DNA from: Octopus sinensis
Taxonomy: Eukaryota
Length of the DNA: 64,000 nucleotides
NCBI RefSeq assembly: GCF_006345805.1
Contig: NC_043006.1
Span: 93,186,001 to 93,250,000, forward strand
Reading direction: 5' to 3'
The notes under the pieces were generated by a model. That model did no database searches. It had not been told where the DNA came from and worked only from the letters and a program-made list of their open reading frames with translations. Position 1 is the stretch's first letter. The number at the start of each line of letters is the position of its first letter. Positions 41,580 through 55,299 of the stretch are shown piece by piece. Position numbers and translations under genes: made by a program.

Positions 41580-41780
41580 TTGTTCAGACATACAGGGACG
41601 AATCACACCTGCAGTGCACCTTCCTGCTGGCCACGGCTTCGAAGTCTTTGTTGCAGTTGTTCATGTCACGCTTCATAGCTTTATAAGGTTCTCCTAGAAT
41701 GGAATACCAGTCAGGACTGCGGCATTTTGATTCCCGCGAATCATCATGATACGGGCAACACTTTTCCATTGTTCAGATTA
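41580..41780 (-). mobile_element. Possible old RTE LINE C-terminal remnant
   Basis: DDSRESK...YKAMKRDMNNC...EAVASRK loosely matches RTE MDDxRxPK...YKDxxKRDM...WExxA. Confidence 0.35.
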
Positions 41781-43262
41781 GAGTTCCGTAATCTACATCA
41801 GTTCATTTTTTTCTCAACTATAACTTTAAACTTTATGCTCTCCAACGCCGTTGAATGTCCAACCACTACATCAAGCTGAAAATTGGGAGACATCAAACAA
41901 ATCGTCAGATTTCGCCAGAACACTGTGTATGTATCGTTCTAAACAGTTCTATTACAGTTCAAGGCCAGCAATTTTAAGTGAGGGGACATGTCGATTGAAT
42001 CGATTCCAGTACTCAGCTGGTATTTATTTTAAAGGCCACGAAAGCATGAATAACAAAATCAACCTCGTCTGAATTTGAACTCAGAACACAAAGACGGACG
42101 AAATGCCGCTAAGCATGTTGCCCGGCGTGCTAGCAATTCTGCCAGCTCACCCCGCCTTGCAAACCCTTCCAATATTAATTGTTTCCTATTTTATTATAAA
42201 ATGAATTTCATTATATTTCATTTACGTCATGAATAACAATATAATTTCTTCTATTTGTCAATATAAGCTTATTTTTACCACCTCTGTATATTCGAAGTAA
42301 TGTTTAGCATTGTCTTATATCCTGAGTTCAAAATTCCTCAGAGATCACCATTATGAAAATACAAAGAACTATTATTGCTCTAGTCGGAAATGGCATCTAC
42401 TTTAATCGAATTAATTGAGTATACAATCCGTGGCATATAACCGTTATTAGATTATGCATAGTTTCATGATAATGTTGTCTTACTACTTAAACAGCAATTT
42501 TATCACTACAAGGAGGCTGCAACTTCCTGTTTATATAAACAATTCTAAAACTCAACGCGCAATTACTATCGGTAAAAAGTTAAGGAAAAATACTTGGGAG
42601 TTTACTTGTTCAGTTTTTCTGAATACAACGAAGTAGATTTACTATATCAAAGTTATCTTCCCGAATTGCAGCTGACAAAGTTGAGTTTTAAAACTCAGAT
42701 ACATAACGCTCCTGTATGCAATCATGGTATTATATAATTACACATACCACACGCATATACATATGTATGAAAAATTTATGTGTGTGTGTATGTATGCGTG
42801 TATATATATAATTATAAATATATATATATATATACCCTCTTCACTCTCTCTTTTACTCTTTTAATTGTTTCAGTCATTTGACTGCGGCCAGTACAAATTC
42901 TATCTCTGACGGGGACATAAACACACCAGCATCGGTTGTCAAGCAATGCCAGGGGGACAAACACAGACACACAAACATACAGGCACAGACATATATATAT
43001 ATATATATACATATATACGACGGGCTTCTTTCAGTGTCCGTCTACCAAATCCACTCACAAGGCTTTGGTCGGCCCGAGGCTATAGTAGAAGACACTTGCC
43101 CAAGGTGCCACGCAGTGGGACTGAACCCTGAACCATGTGGTTGGTAAGCAAACTACTTACCACACAGCCACTCCTGTGCCTATATTTATATATATATATA
43201 TATACATCTGCATGCATATACATATATACACACACATCTATATATACATACATATATATATG

Positions 43263-43323
<61 letters not shown>

Positions 43324-43347
43324 ATGTATGTGTGTGTATGCGTGTGT

Positions 43348-43846
43348 GCATGGAGAAGGATTGTGCATGAGGGGACAGCCACTTTTGAGAAATCTCGAGT
43401 TGCACATGAGAAAATAAGAAGGGATGTCAGGAAGGGCATCGCTGTTACACTTCCAGAAGGGAAGGGTCTTCCTTTGATGCTGACATGCAATGTCTGTGCA
43501 AGGCCCTGCCCCAGTAAAGCTGGACTCAAGAGTCATTTTCGTAGTCATAAAACGGGACAGATGAGTGACAACCTGGTCACTGGAGGTGGTATAACACACC
43601 ATACTAATCATATCTATCGAGCATGTGGAAGAGAGTGTAATTCGACAGGAGGTCTTAAACGACATGCAAAGGTACATGAAGCCCAGTTACAACTACAACC
43701 GGCTATTACCAGTAAAGGTTTTAGTTGCCAATTTTGTGCAAGACATTGTAGATCTTTAGCTGGGCTAAAATGTCACATTCGATCACAGCACCAGTAACAG
43801 TTAAGCTTTGTGCAATGGCCATACTCGATAACGAGGGGGCAGCCAT
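43348..43846 (+). mobile_element. RTE (BovB-like) LINE 3' end encoding three C2H2-type fingers
   Basis: [17 protein letters not shown], then CNVC..HFRSH, YRAC..HAKVH and CQFC..HIRSQH; short 3' UTR ending gcagccat. Confidence 0.8.
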
Positions 43847-43847
43847 A

Positions 43848-43898
<51 letters not shown>

Positions 43899-43987
43899 CA
43901 CACACAAGCGTAGATAGATATGACTATACAGTTAAATACATACACAGACAGACAGAGATACAGAGAGACAGAGAGATAGATAGATAT

Positions 43988-44107
<120 letters not shown>

Positions 44108-44108
44108 G

Positions 44109-44202
<94 letters not shown>

Positions 44203-44771
44203 CAGGTAGGTAGATAGACAGAAATGAATAATAATTTCACGGTTTCTTTGAAATATTCACTGGGAATTAGCCGACTCAAAAGTAGGTTTAAATGCAGAGC
44301 TAAGTGATGGAGAAACAATCCTGTTTCCGCGCAATTTACTGCAATAATAGATGAAAAAAGCCTTACATTTTCTTTTTGTTATTCTTTTTCTTTTTTTAAG
44401 GATGTTACCACCTGTTACATGCTTCTGTCACGAAGGCAATATGAGAGAAAATTAAGGTAGTCAGAGAATGCCAGCAATTTATCTCTTCAATTTTTTGGGT
44501 GTTTATAACAAAACCCACCCGTTTTTTTAATAACTGAAAATATCTGTTTTATATTATTAACGTTTACTACTTTCCTTGGAGTATGTCCCAAAGCGTTTCT
44601 TGTTTTCTAAATTTATATAAAAGCTTCTTGGAAGCTGTTTATAAACTGATTGGATCTGTTTATATAGACATGGGAAATTGTATATACATATACATCAACA
44701 ATGTCATTTTCAAACAAACAACTATTTCTCCTCTTTCACTGCTGTTTATATATATATATATATATAGGTAT

Positions 44772-44857
<86 letters not shown>

Positions 44858-45345
44858 AAAATTTAATTTCAAGAAATATCATTTATTTGTTAGTTGCTAT
44901 ACTAAGTAGACAGAAAATATCAGTAACACAGTAATTACATTTCCCCGATACAGATTCCCATAAGGAACGATGTCAAGACTGAAAGATAATTGGCAAATAA
45001 TTTATAATGTCAGCTACATATGAAAATATATATTTGTTATTATATGTTCACGAACACTCAAAAGATACAACTTATTTCCATGTTAATTTTTAAACCATAT
45101 TTCGTAATGCAATTAGGATTCACTTTGTGTAAAACAAACTCACTTCATAATAGACTCCAACTGAAGTGTGTTACTCCCTTTCGACGGAATTTATTTGCTA
45201 TAATACTAAATCTAATAAATTGCAGTAATTACGCTTTTAAACAAGAGACTATGATAGTAAAACTGTATATTTTTATTCATTTACGTAGTTCCATAATGCT
45301 GAATTCAATAACCTATTACTGACTTTCTCCTGAACAAACTCTTAC

Positions 45346-45581
45346 AGTTTAACACAAAAATCGGCTACCATGGTTTATCTGTTGCAAGACTTTTGAACTT
45401 TTATGTTTCACCAGTATGAATCTTCAAACTTGTTCTGTTATATGTGTCTCCGCAGAAAACTGGTTTTCCTTACTTCTCTATAAACTAAATAGCGGACAGC
45501 GAAACAGCTGCTGGGTAAAGACAACTACCTTCTTCCATATTTTCAAATCGTTTTATGCGGGAAATTTGGAAAAGAAAATAT
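45346..45581 (-). pseudogene. Pseudo-exon, start of REJ-like region
   Basis: Acceptor tttttcag and donor GTAAGA. One frame gives [31 protein letters not shown], compared with PKD1 ...RRSQRNYLEAHV; 4 stops. Confidence 0.4.
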
Positions 45582-45605
45582 CTGAAAAATCTCGATGCAC
45601 ATACC

Positions 45606-45686
<81 letters not shown>

Positions 45687-45709
45687 TATATATATATACA
45701 TATTCATAC

Positions 45710-45764
<55 letters not shown>

Positions 45765-46779
45765 CGCGATGCGTGTGCGTGTGGTGTGTTCAGAACATTA
45801 ACAGTATTTGGAAAGTTACTATTTATAAATCTCACAGCGAGAGATATTCAGCGACAGTACTTTGGAGTAAAGATTATTTGCCAACATAAAAGAACGCAGA
45901 TGGTGTCGTATAGCCAGCTCGAGACGATGTCTCCTGGGGCTAAATTACAGCAACATTTGTCCTAAACCAGTACTGCCATGATATGTTGGCAAACAATCTT
46001 TACATTAACAGGATTTGCTTGATGGAAGCACAGCCAAATTTATAAGAGTAATTCGGAAGGAATGTGATACCCTTTAAGTATTACTTAATAAATAAATATA
46101 CAAATCCTCTGCTCCGTGTACAGAATACTATATTTTCGTTTACTTCTTGTTCGAACAGAATCACCAACTGAAATCTGTGTATATGAATGTGAACGTGTGC
46201 AGGTAAGAAAGAGAGAGAGAGATGGAGAGAGAGAGAGAGAGAGAGAGAAGGATAAACAGAGAGAGAGAGCATTACTCATTGGTGCATATATTGATGTTTA
46301 TATATCCACGAAACATACATAAAAACAAACTCAGTGAGATCTATCAAGTTACTGGCGAACAACTTTAACTGGCACCATCTTGTACACAGTAAGTCACTGA
46401 TTATATCATTGGATACCTGTAACCATCGATGCTATATCTCACAAATTCCAAAGTATAATGAACAAAACAAAACAAATACAGATATATAAAAGCTATAAAA
46501 GTTTCAATATAAACCTGCTTCAAGTTATTCAAATTAGTGTTACTGATTCTATTTTGGTATTAGAGAAAAAAAAGTAATATTTTCTTGAAATTCTACAGTA
46601 AATGATCTAAGTATACTTGACATTTTGACCGATGTTAATTCATCAAAATACCATCATAATATATGAGGGGAAAAGGGAAGAGAAAAGCAGCGCTTACATA
46701 TATATACGAATTGGTGTTGTGTTAACAAATGATAAATTATCGGTATGTATATATGTGCGTGTCTACACACACACACAAC

Positions 46780-46810
<31 letters not shown>

Positions 46811-47089
46811 CACATACACACACGCATATATATGTATATATAATATGGATGCATGCATGTATGTATTGTAATAAGTATATAATATATATTTATATATGTA
46901 ATATATACACATCTATTGTAAACCTATTTAAATATATATACTATTACATACGGTTATTTTTGTATACTTCAGTATATATCATATACAGTTTCATAGGTAT
47001 GTAGAAGTACATACATATGTATGCGTTTATGTGTGCGTGTGTGTATACAAACAAAGATAAATGTGTATGTATATATCTACATACTTGTA

Positions 47090-47168
<79 letters not shown>

Positions 47169-47834
47169 TCTATATAAATGTGTGTAGCAGATTGTGTGCG
47201 TTTATATTCAGCTTGCAATTTACACGAATTTATTTTACACACACAGAAACAATCGTAAAATGTGACAAAGATATTTACCAAGTACGTGATTTTAAATTGA
47301 AATTTTTCATCTGCAGCTCGATGTTCATTTCCTGCAGCTACCAAATGATTCACATTCATCAATCATTCTTTATAACCCTATGTAATAGCCTCCAATACGT
47401 ATTTTTGCTTCTAGTCATACTCAAACTTCTTAAATATACGTTCTTTCACTTTCGTTATCAAAACATTTCTGATGGTGTACAACATTATGTTCTACATTAA
47501 AGATACAAAAGTAAGCATCCTCTGTTACATATATTATGCATCAGACATAAACACTTATTTTCAGTTCCGAATCAGTAAGTCATATAGAAAAAATGCACAG
47601 GAAAATTCCAAGCATTTTGGCGGAAGATAATGAATGTTGTCGGATGTAGTCTGAAATAATATACACAATTAAAAGTATGACGTCGGAGATTCGTCTGATG
47701 TTTAATGAATAAAGTATTCAAAATAATAAATGACATAATTGATGATAAACAGAGAGCTTGGATCTCGCCTTGTGTATTAGAAATAACGCGAATATCCAAC
47801 CCATTTTATTCTTTATCCTCTATTTGTTTTCTTG

Positions 47835-48413
47835 TTACCCCGCCTTCGCTAAGGCGGGGGTATTGCTTTCAGATGTTTGTTTGTTTGTACGTGGACAACA
47901 TATCTCAGAAATGCTGGATAGATTCGGATGAAACATTCAGGGATGCTTGGCTTCCTGACTCACGAACTGATTAGATTTTGGGATCGATCCGATACCGGAC
48001 AAGAATTCTGGATTATTTGTTATATTTACTTTACTTTGCATGATTACGATCTTACGTTAACTTTCAAGTCTTTCTTAATTATCTCCCTTTAAGCTGTTAC
48101 TATTTTGAATGGTTAATTTGTTAATTATGGCTTGTATTAGATAAGGATAAACTATTTATTACTGTTACTAAATTTTCTACAGCCACCTTCACATTCCATG
48201 ACTACCTTCGGGATCGATCATGTACCGGACATTGATTCTGGACTATTTTTCCGTTTATTTTTATTTAATTTTATGAGATCGGGCGGGTTCATTTTTAGTA
48301 TTCTCATTTGTGAGAGCAGTCGAGTTTATTACAGATATTCTAAAAGTCGTTCCTGATATTTTCGATTTGGTGTTGCTTTGGCGGAGGTTTGCGCTCTCTG
48401 TGTGCTCTTTCTA
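47835..48413 (+). mobile_element. Helentron-associated non-autonomous element (HINE-like)
   Basis: 5' hairpin accccgcctt-cgct-aaggcggggt, gttt microsatellite, two internal gggatcgatc..taccggaca repeats, subterminal ggcggaggt, and a 3' gcgctctctgtgtgc hairpin before tttcta. Confidence 0.7.
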
Positions 48414-49059
48414 CCTCTTTGATCATTCTGGATAGTCTCCGTAAGCTAGTATCATCTTCTCTTGAATAACTACATTTGACACGAGGGAAATGAATTTCAA
48501 TATTTTTCTGGCATTCACCTACATTGGTGTTCCACTATAAAGTTATTCCATAAACCTTACGCTGAATTGATAATACAAAATTCGAAATTAAAATGAAGTT
48601 TCAATCCAGTGTTAGAGAAACGGTGTAGATTTTCATTATTTGCTGTGGATTATCCAGTTGTTTCAGCCCCAATTACTGGGTTACAGAATTCGAACATGAA
48701 CCTTTAGCGCCGTCTCTGTATTACTTGGAATCCGTTTCATGTTTTTATTTATTTTTATTTAGCATCACTAATTCAGCAATCAACCGACTGAGTGTGAGAC
48801 CTTTCTGATCGCAACAATTAATTAGTGAATAATTCTATGTGAAACAAACAAATGTGCTTTTAGCTCAGTCGTGTAAAGGATCTGCCATACTGATCACATA
48901 AAATATTATAGAGTACCAACCCAAATGCAAAATCATTCACACCAATAAAACGGGATGGTCTTATCACTCATTTTTTTTTGTTCTCTCCACTGAACACACG
49001 AAATTATTATTTATACCAGCGAAATGCATATCTTGATATATATATATATTATATATAGT

Positions 49060-52000
49060 TAATCCAAACATGAAAACACAAAGAGAAAACATAACAACGC
49101 GTATAACAAGTATAGTATTATTCGACGATCAGGAAAGAAGGAAAGAAGGAGGGTTTAACGTTTCGAGCGGAGCTCTTCGTCGGAAACATAGGAAAAGGAA
49201 AGCTCCAAAGAAGGGAAGACGGAGGGAAAAAATCGCCAACGGTACACACGCGGTCACATTTTGAATGACCGGAAGCGAATGGGTGAAGAAAAGTTCATTC
49301 AAAGACAGGAGAGTGCAAGAGGATGTATGTGTGTGTAAGTGTGGATATGTGCGTGCGCGCAGGTCTGCGTGTGCGTGTGTATGCATGTGTGCAATAATAA
49401 CACGTGTGTGTATGTGTGTGTGGTTGTGGATGTTAATCTATGTGGGTGGTAGGGCTTAGTATTGTTTAAGGTCAAGGAAGAATGAATTAGGAGTGGCTCT
49501 TGTGTCTATCTACCCATGTGGAAGAATGGTCAATGAAAGGTACTGGTAGTTTGAAGCATGTGTGTGTGTGTGCGTGTGTGTATATGTATGTGTGTGTTCG
49601 TGTGTGTATGCGTAGAGTTTGTGTGTGTGGCGAATAACTGTGCTTTACTTTGTGTATGTGTGCGTGTGTGCTTGTATGTGTGTATACATGTATGTATAAT
49701 TGTGTGCGTGTATGTATGAGTGTGTGCTGGGTGTATGGGATGTATGAGTGGGTTCATTTGTGTGTGTGTGCGTGGGTGTAGTTGTGTGTGCGTGCGTGTA
49801 GTTGTGTGTGCGTGTATGTGTGCATGTATATGTGTGTGTGGATGCGTATGTGGGTGTATATACGTGTGTCCGTGGGCTTGTGAGTGTTAGATGTGTGCGT
49901 TCGTGTGCGTGTGTGCGTGTGTGCGTGCGTATGTGTGCGCATGTTTGTGTGTGCGTGAGTGTGTGTGTTTGTGTCTATATGTGTATACGTATGTATATGT
50001 GTGTGCGCGCGTGTATGCATATATTGCGTGTATGTATATGTATAGGTGTATATGTGAATTTGTGTATGCGTGTGTGTGGGGGATGTAGGCGTAAGGTGCG
50101 TGCGTCTGCTTGTGTGCGTGTGTGTGCTTACGTGCGTGTGTGCGTGTATGTGCGTGTGTGTCTGTGCCCATGTGTGTATAATTGTGTGCGTATCTGTACG
50201 AGTATTGTTTATTGGAGGTATATGTGGGAATCTGTGCTGGTGTGTGTGTGTGTATGTACGTGTGTATATGTGTGTGTGCGTGTATTATTTGCGTATGTAT
50301 GTGGGTGTGTGCATGTGTGTATGTGCGTGCGTGTTTATATGTGTGTGTGAACGTGGAGATGTTTGTCAGGTTGTGTGCATTTTGTTGTATGTACGCGCGT
50401 GTGCTTGAATATGTGTGTGTACGTTTGTACGTGTGTGTGTCTAATGGTATGTGTGTCTGTATATGCGTGGGGTTGGGTGGGATAGGTTTCTGTGCATTCT
50501 TGTGTGTGTATGTGTACGTTTGTGTACGTGTCTGTGTGTACGCGCATATGTGTGTGCGCGCGTGGGTGTATGTGGGTGTATGTATATGTGCATGTATGTA
50601 TGTTGTATGTGTGCGGTGTGTGGTAGGTATCTGTGTGTTCGTGGATACGTGAGTATGTGTGTGTATGTGTTCGTCTATAAAACAATAATTTATAAACACA
50701 ATAAATTATAAACAATAAAAAAACAAAAATTATAAAAACAATAAAATCTAAGGAAGTTGATCCAATATAAAAGACGTAATTGCACGTAAGGAATGAATAA
50801 TGAAAAAACAGAAGAAAGAAGAAGTAAATTTGCTTGTTGCGGGAGGTGCAGAGGCAGTCACTAAGAGGAGGGGGCTGTGTTAAGTCCGTGCGGGATATTA
50901 GTCTGTAAATTGAATATATATCGCTGTTCCAAGTGAAGCCTGGATTATGGCGATCCATTGTGTAGGGCGAGACCAAACACAGAGATGTTACAGGGGGAAT
51001 GGTTGGCCAAGCGGAAGTGACGGGAGACGGGAGAGTTGGAACGTAACCGAATATCCCTTAGATGTTCGGTGAACCGGTCGGCCAGTCGGCGGCCCGTCTG
51101 ACCTACATAAAGCATCCCACAGAGGATGCATTTCATGCAGTAAATGAGGCCAGATGAAGTGCACGTAAAAGAATGTCTAATACGTACAGTTAGTTGGTTG
51201 GAGCCAGTGATCGAAGTGGTGTTGGTGATGAAGGGGCGGGTGTTGCAGCGGGATCTGGAGTACGGGAAGGATTTATGTGGGGCTGAGGGGGAAGAGGAGA
51301 AGGTGTTACGGACCAGGAGATCGCGTAGGTTCCGGGCTCGTTTGAATGAGGACAAGAGTGGGTTGGAGAAAATGGGGCGGGTGGTGGGATCGAGCTGAGG
51401 ACGTAGTATCTTCTGACGAAGGGGTGGAAAAGGAGGAGAAAGGGGGTGCGGTTAGGGGGTTGGTGAGAGGAAGGAGAAAGGGGTGTGGTGCGGTGGATTC
51501 GACGAGCGCGGGCAGGGGCGTTCTGGACCAGGGTTGGGGGTATTCTCGATGCCTGAACAGGTGGACCAGGTACTGTGACTGGGTTTCAAAATCCTGGTCA
51601 AGGCTGCACAAACGTCGGAGGCAGAGGAACTGGGAGTAGGTGATGGCCAGTTTGGTGTGGAAGGGATGGGAGGAGGAGAAGTTGAGGTAGAGGTGGGAAT
51701 CCGTGGGTTTGAAGAAGGCGGTGGTGGGGAGAGAGTGGGAGGGGTGGTCAATACTAAGAGAAATGTCGAGGAAATTAACAGAGGTGTCAGAGATAGTAGA
51801 AGTGAATTGGAGAGAAGGGTGGAAGTTAGAGAGGAAAGAGATGAAGTGGAAGAGTTGTTCGCGGGAGAGGGAAGTGGCACCTATACAGTCGTCTATGTAG
51901 CGACCGTATAGCTCTGGGGTCGGCCCCGAGAATTGGGAGAATGCTTCGGCCTCAGTGTAGCCAACAAAGAGGTTGGCGAAATTGGTGCCCATTCTCGTTC

Positions 52001-52110
52001 CCGTCGCGAGAATATATACGTTCACCGGAGAAACCTACCAACAGATGTGTGGTCGTGACGGGAACGAGAATGGGCCCCTATTTCGCCAACCTCTTTGTTG
52101 GCTACATGTG
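49060..52110 (-). mobile_element. Penelope-like element: RT C-half, GIY-YIG, CA-rich 3' UTR and hammerhead-like terminus; inverted 5' end
   Basis: GTRMGTNFANLFVGY, YGRYIDDC, FKPTDSHLYL and CTSSGLIYCMKCILCGMLYVGQTGRRLADRFTEH; inverted RT copy at 52010-52106. Confidence 0.9.
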
Positions 52111-52889
52111 TCTATGTACTTCTTTGTTGGCTATATATATACATATATATATAATCGAGATCGATATAATCGACTTAATCCGTTTGTCCTTGTTTGTCCT
52201 CTCCGTGTTTAGCCCCTTGTGGGTAGTAAAGAAATAGGTATATCGTCTGTCTTCCGTTCTGAGTTCAAATTCCGCCGAGGTCGACTTTGCATTTCATCCT
52301 TTCGGGGTCGATAAATTAAGTACCAACTGCGTACTAGGGGCGATCTAATCGACTAGCCTCTCCCCTAAAATTTGTGGCCTTGAGCCTAGAGTAGAAAAAA
52401 TATTTTGGGCTATATTTCCCGGTCAGCCTATATTGCACGTATTGAGATATGGCGTTGCAGTTTAAACAAAAGCTCATAGATTTCTTATAAATTCAACTTT
52501 TCGTTTCCTATTTATCTCAAGACCTGAAGGTATAATTAGTATTGCATGCTCTCTAGTTGTAAAGTGTTCGTTGTAATCTCAGTTCAGCTTTTCTCTGGCG
52601 ATATCATTTTAGTAGATATTATTTCATCCTATACACAAATGACTTTACGTCATATTTGTCATGATAATGGGAGAGTGTTATTTTGCTTCAACTGCTCCCG
52701 AGTGATTGGACTGGTGTGTGTGTTTAGTGCAATAATTGTTTTCTAGAGGAATATTGAGTTTCCGGTACTTTCCAAGTAAAATACGAAAAGGTATCAAACC
52801 AAAGCGGGATCTCTGTGTATTTTTTCGATCTCCTTGGAATACCAACCAAATTTCCCTTCTTAATCTTTTAAGGAAAAGGGAGTGTACTC

Positions 52890-53107
52890 CTAGATTTCAT
52901 AATGGGGTTCAACATATATTTTCGCTGGGGAAAGAATTCGGTGACTTATATCTAAATCCCCTTTGAAAATTGATCTGCTGCAACAGGGCGTCTCAGAGAT
53001 ATATAGATAATTGTACATTCTTAATGAGTTACACCGAAATGATATCATGTTCTTCAAAGCAGCAAGTCTACATTCTTTGCAGATTACTTTAAAGGCAAAC
53101 ATGTTGC
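52890..53107 (-). pseudogene. Candidate pseudo-exon, PKD-repeat-like
   Basis: Reads GNMFAFKVICKEC...ISFRCNS...DISHRILSPAKIYV, loosely like the PKD motif VSHxYxxPGxYxV. The acceptor is weak (tgag) and stops follow. Confidence 0.3.
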
Positions 53108-53935
53108 CTCATACAAAATATAAACAAATGCGTTTATATATAAAACAATTAACTTCGTGTGTACGTCCAGTTACGGCAGAATAGAGTAATAATCGACAGA
53201 CAAGGCCTAAATGAAATTAGCTATTTTTTCCAAAAGAATTTTAAATGCCATACAAGAATCATTCTTGCCCCTATCGATTTTTCTGTTAGCAAGAAATTAA
53301 CTGCGCGCGCATCACTGAGCAGGTTCAAACTTGAAATATCTATTTCGATGTTATTACGTCAGCTGGGCCCATGTCTGTTGAGGATGATGTAATATGCAAC
53401 ACCGTGACTAATTTACATGTTGTCACATGTTCAATCGTCAATCATCTGTCCAAACAACCATGTTATGGAATCGCTCAATTTTGACATCAGCAAAAAACGT
53501 GTCCAAGTGTCCATCTTCTTGATGTGGGGGGGGGGGTTGCCTTCAATGTGCAATCTGCCTTGTGAACACACTGAATATTATATTTTCCTATAGCGTAATC
53601 CATTACTTGATCCAGAAGCAGGAAGCGAACTCTGCTCTTGGAGCGAAATAGTCTCAAGAGAGAGAACTGTATCGAAGTAAATTTCCCGCCAGTGCCACAT
53701 ATAAGTACGTAGCCGATAATTAATGCCTTACTCTCGTAACTAAAAAGATTGAAAGAATATATTATATTCTAAAATTTCAGCAAAATATCAACATTTCCCT
53801 CCAGTGATTTGGAGAAATGACTAATGATTGAACAGTGTAAAGTATGAACAACGTCAAAATTAGATAAATATAACTTCCTCTCACATATTTACAATACTCA
53901 AAAATCAATAGAGCTTCTAATACTGATAGTATATC

Positions 53936-54136
53936 TCACGTCAGGCTGACGTCAAGCTTCTTGTTGCTAATGGCCTTAAGCATCGTTACAAACCTATCGC
54001 ACTCCTCAGAATGACACTTTGTTAGTAGATTAGCATCAGGAATATCAAATATTAATGATTCATTCCTTGAGGTGTGAACCCACTTAAAAGATGGATAGTT
54101 AATGTCAAAACATGGCGATAATATCAAAATGAGTTA
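53936..54136 (-). pseudogene. Candidate pseudo-exon, PKD-repeat-like
   Basis: Acceptor cctcttaatttcgcag at 54137-54138. Needs a frameshift to read VTHFDIIA/CFDINYPSFKW...FVTMLKAISNK. Weak resemblance to a PKD beta-sandwich; donor not identified. Confidence 0.3.
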
Positions 54137-55299
54137 CTGCGAAATTAAGAGGGATTTCTAGAATATTAACTTTGTCTTTTTATTTCCGTTTATCTATACA
54201 GCGTTGTCACAAGGTATTTTCTTTGGACATAATAACAAATCTTTTTGGTAGCATTGGAGATTTATTTCCCAACTGGACCTTTCGTTGATCTAAGTTCCAT
54301 ACCAAATTTTGTTGGAATTCTATAATTTAGATATTTTAAATCTTTAATCAGTGGACACGTGATCCACGTGATTGGGTTCTTAAATCTTGTTCTACGTAAA
54401 TGTGTTCTAATAGCCGAAAATATTCGGAAGATCACCAGGAGCTCTCAGGTTCTGTTTGGCAAAGCACGGATGTGTCCGATAAGGAGGCTGGAATGAGGAA
54501 TTAATTTGTTCTGTAGAACAAAATGCATCTTAGCAACCGTATTAATGTCTCGGATGAATAAATTTATTTCTATTAATCGAACGGTTTTCTCTCAGATCCG
54601 TCGTGGACGTATTACTAATTTCATGCATTTTCCTTAAATATGTTCAAGTTAGTTTTAAGCACAGGGTACTAAAAATATCATATTAGGCGATGCTTTTCCC
54701 ATAACAAAAGTATGTAATTAAAGAATACAATTAACTAATAATTAGAATATTACTTAAGTAAATATGATTTCGGGTGCACAATAACACCTTGTACGCACAT
54801 GAATTACATTTATGCACATGTAAAACGGGTGGAAATATTCACTCAGAGATGAGAGAAAGCAGAGCATATCGGAAGTATTGCAGTGTGGGTGTCTGTTGAG
54901 GTTTAGAGCCAGAAACTCTAAGAAACTAAAGTAATTTTAGAGAATTCCACATTTTCGGATGACACTTGCACAACGTTCTAAATATGAGGTTGTTTTGACA
55001 TATAATGTTAATGTGTTTAGCTATATGTGTTTAGTATTTTTAGGCGCAGGAGTGGCTGTGTGGTAACTCTTTTACTCTTTTACTTGTTTCAGTCATTTGA
55101 CTGCGGGTATGCTGGAGCACCGCCTTTAGTCAAGCAAATCGACCCCAGAACTTATTCTTTGTAAGCCCAGTACTTATTCTATCGGTCTCTTTTGCCGAAC
55201 CGCTAAGTTACGGGGACGTAAACACACCAGCATCGGTTGTCAAACAATGCTAGGGGGACAAACACAGACATACAAACATATACACACACATATATATAT

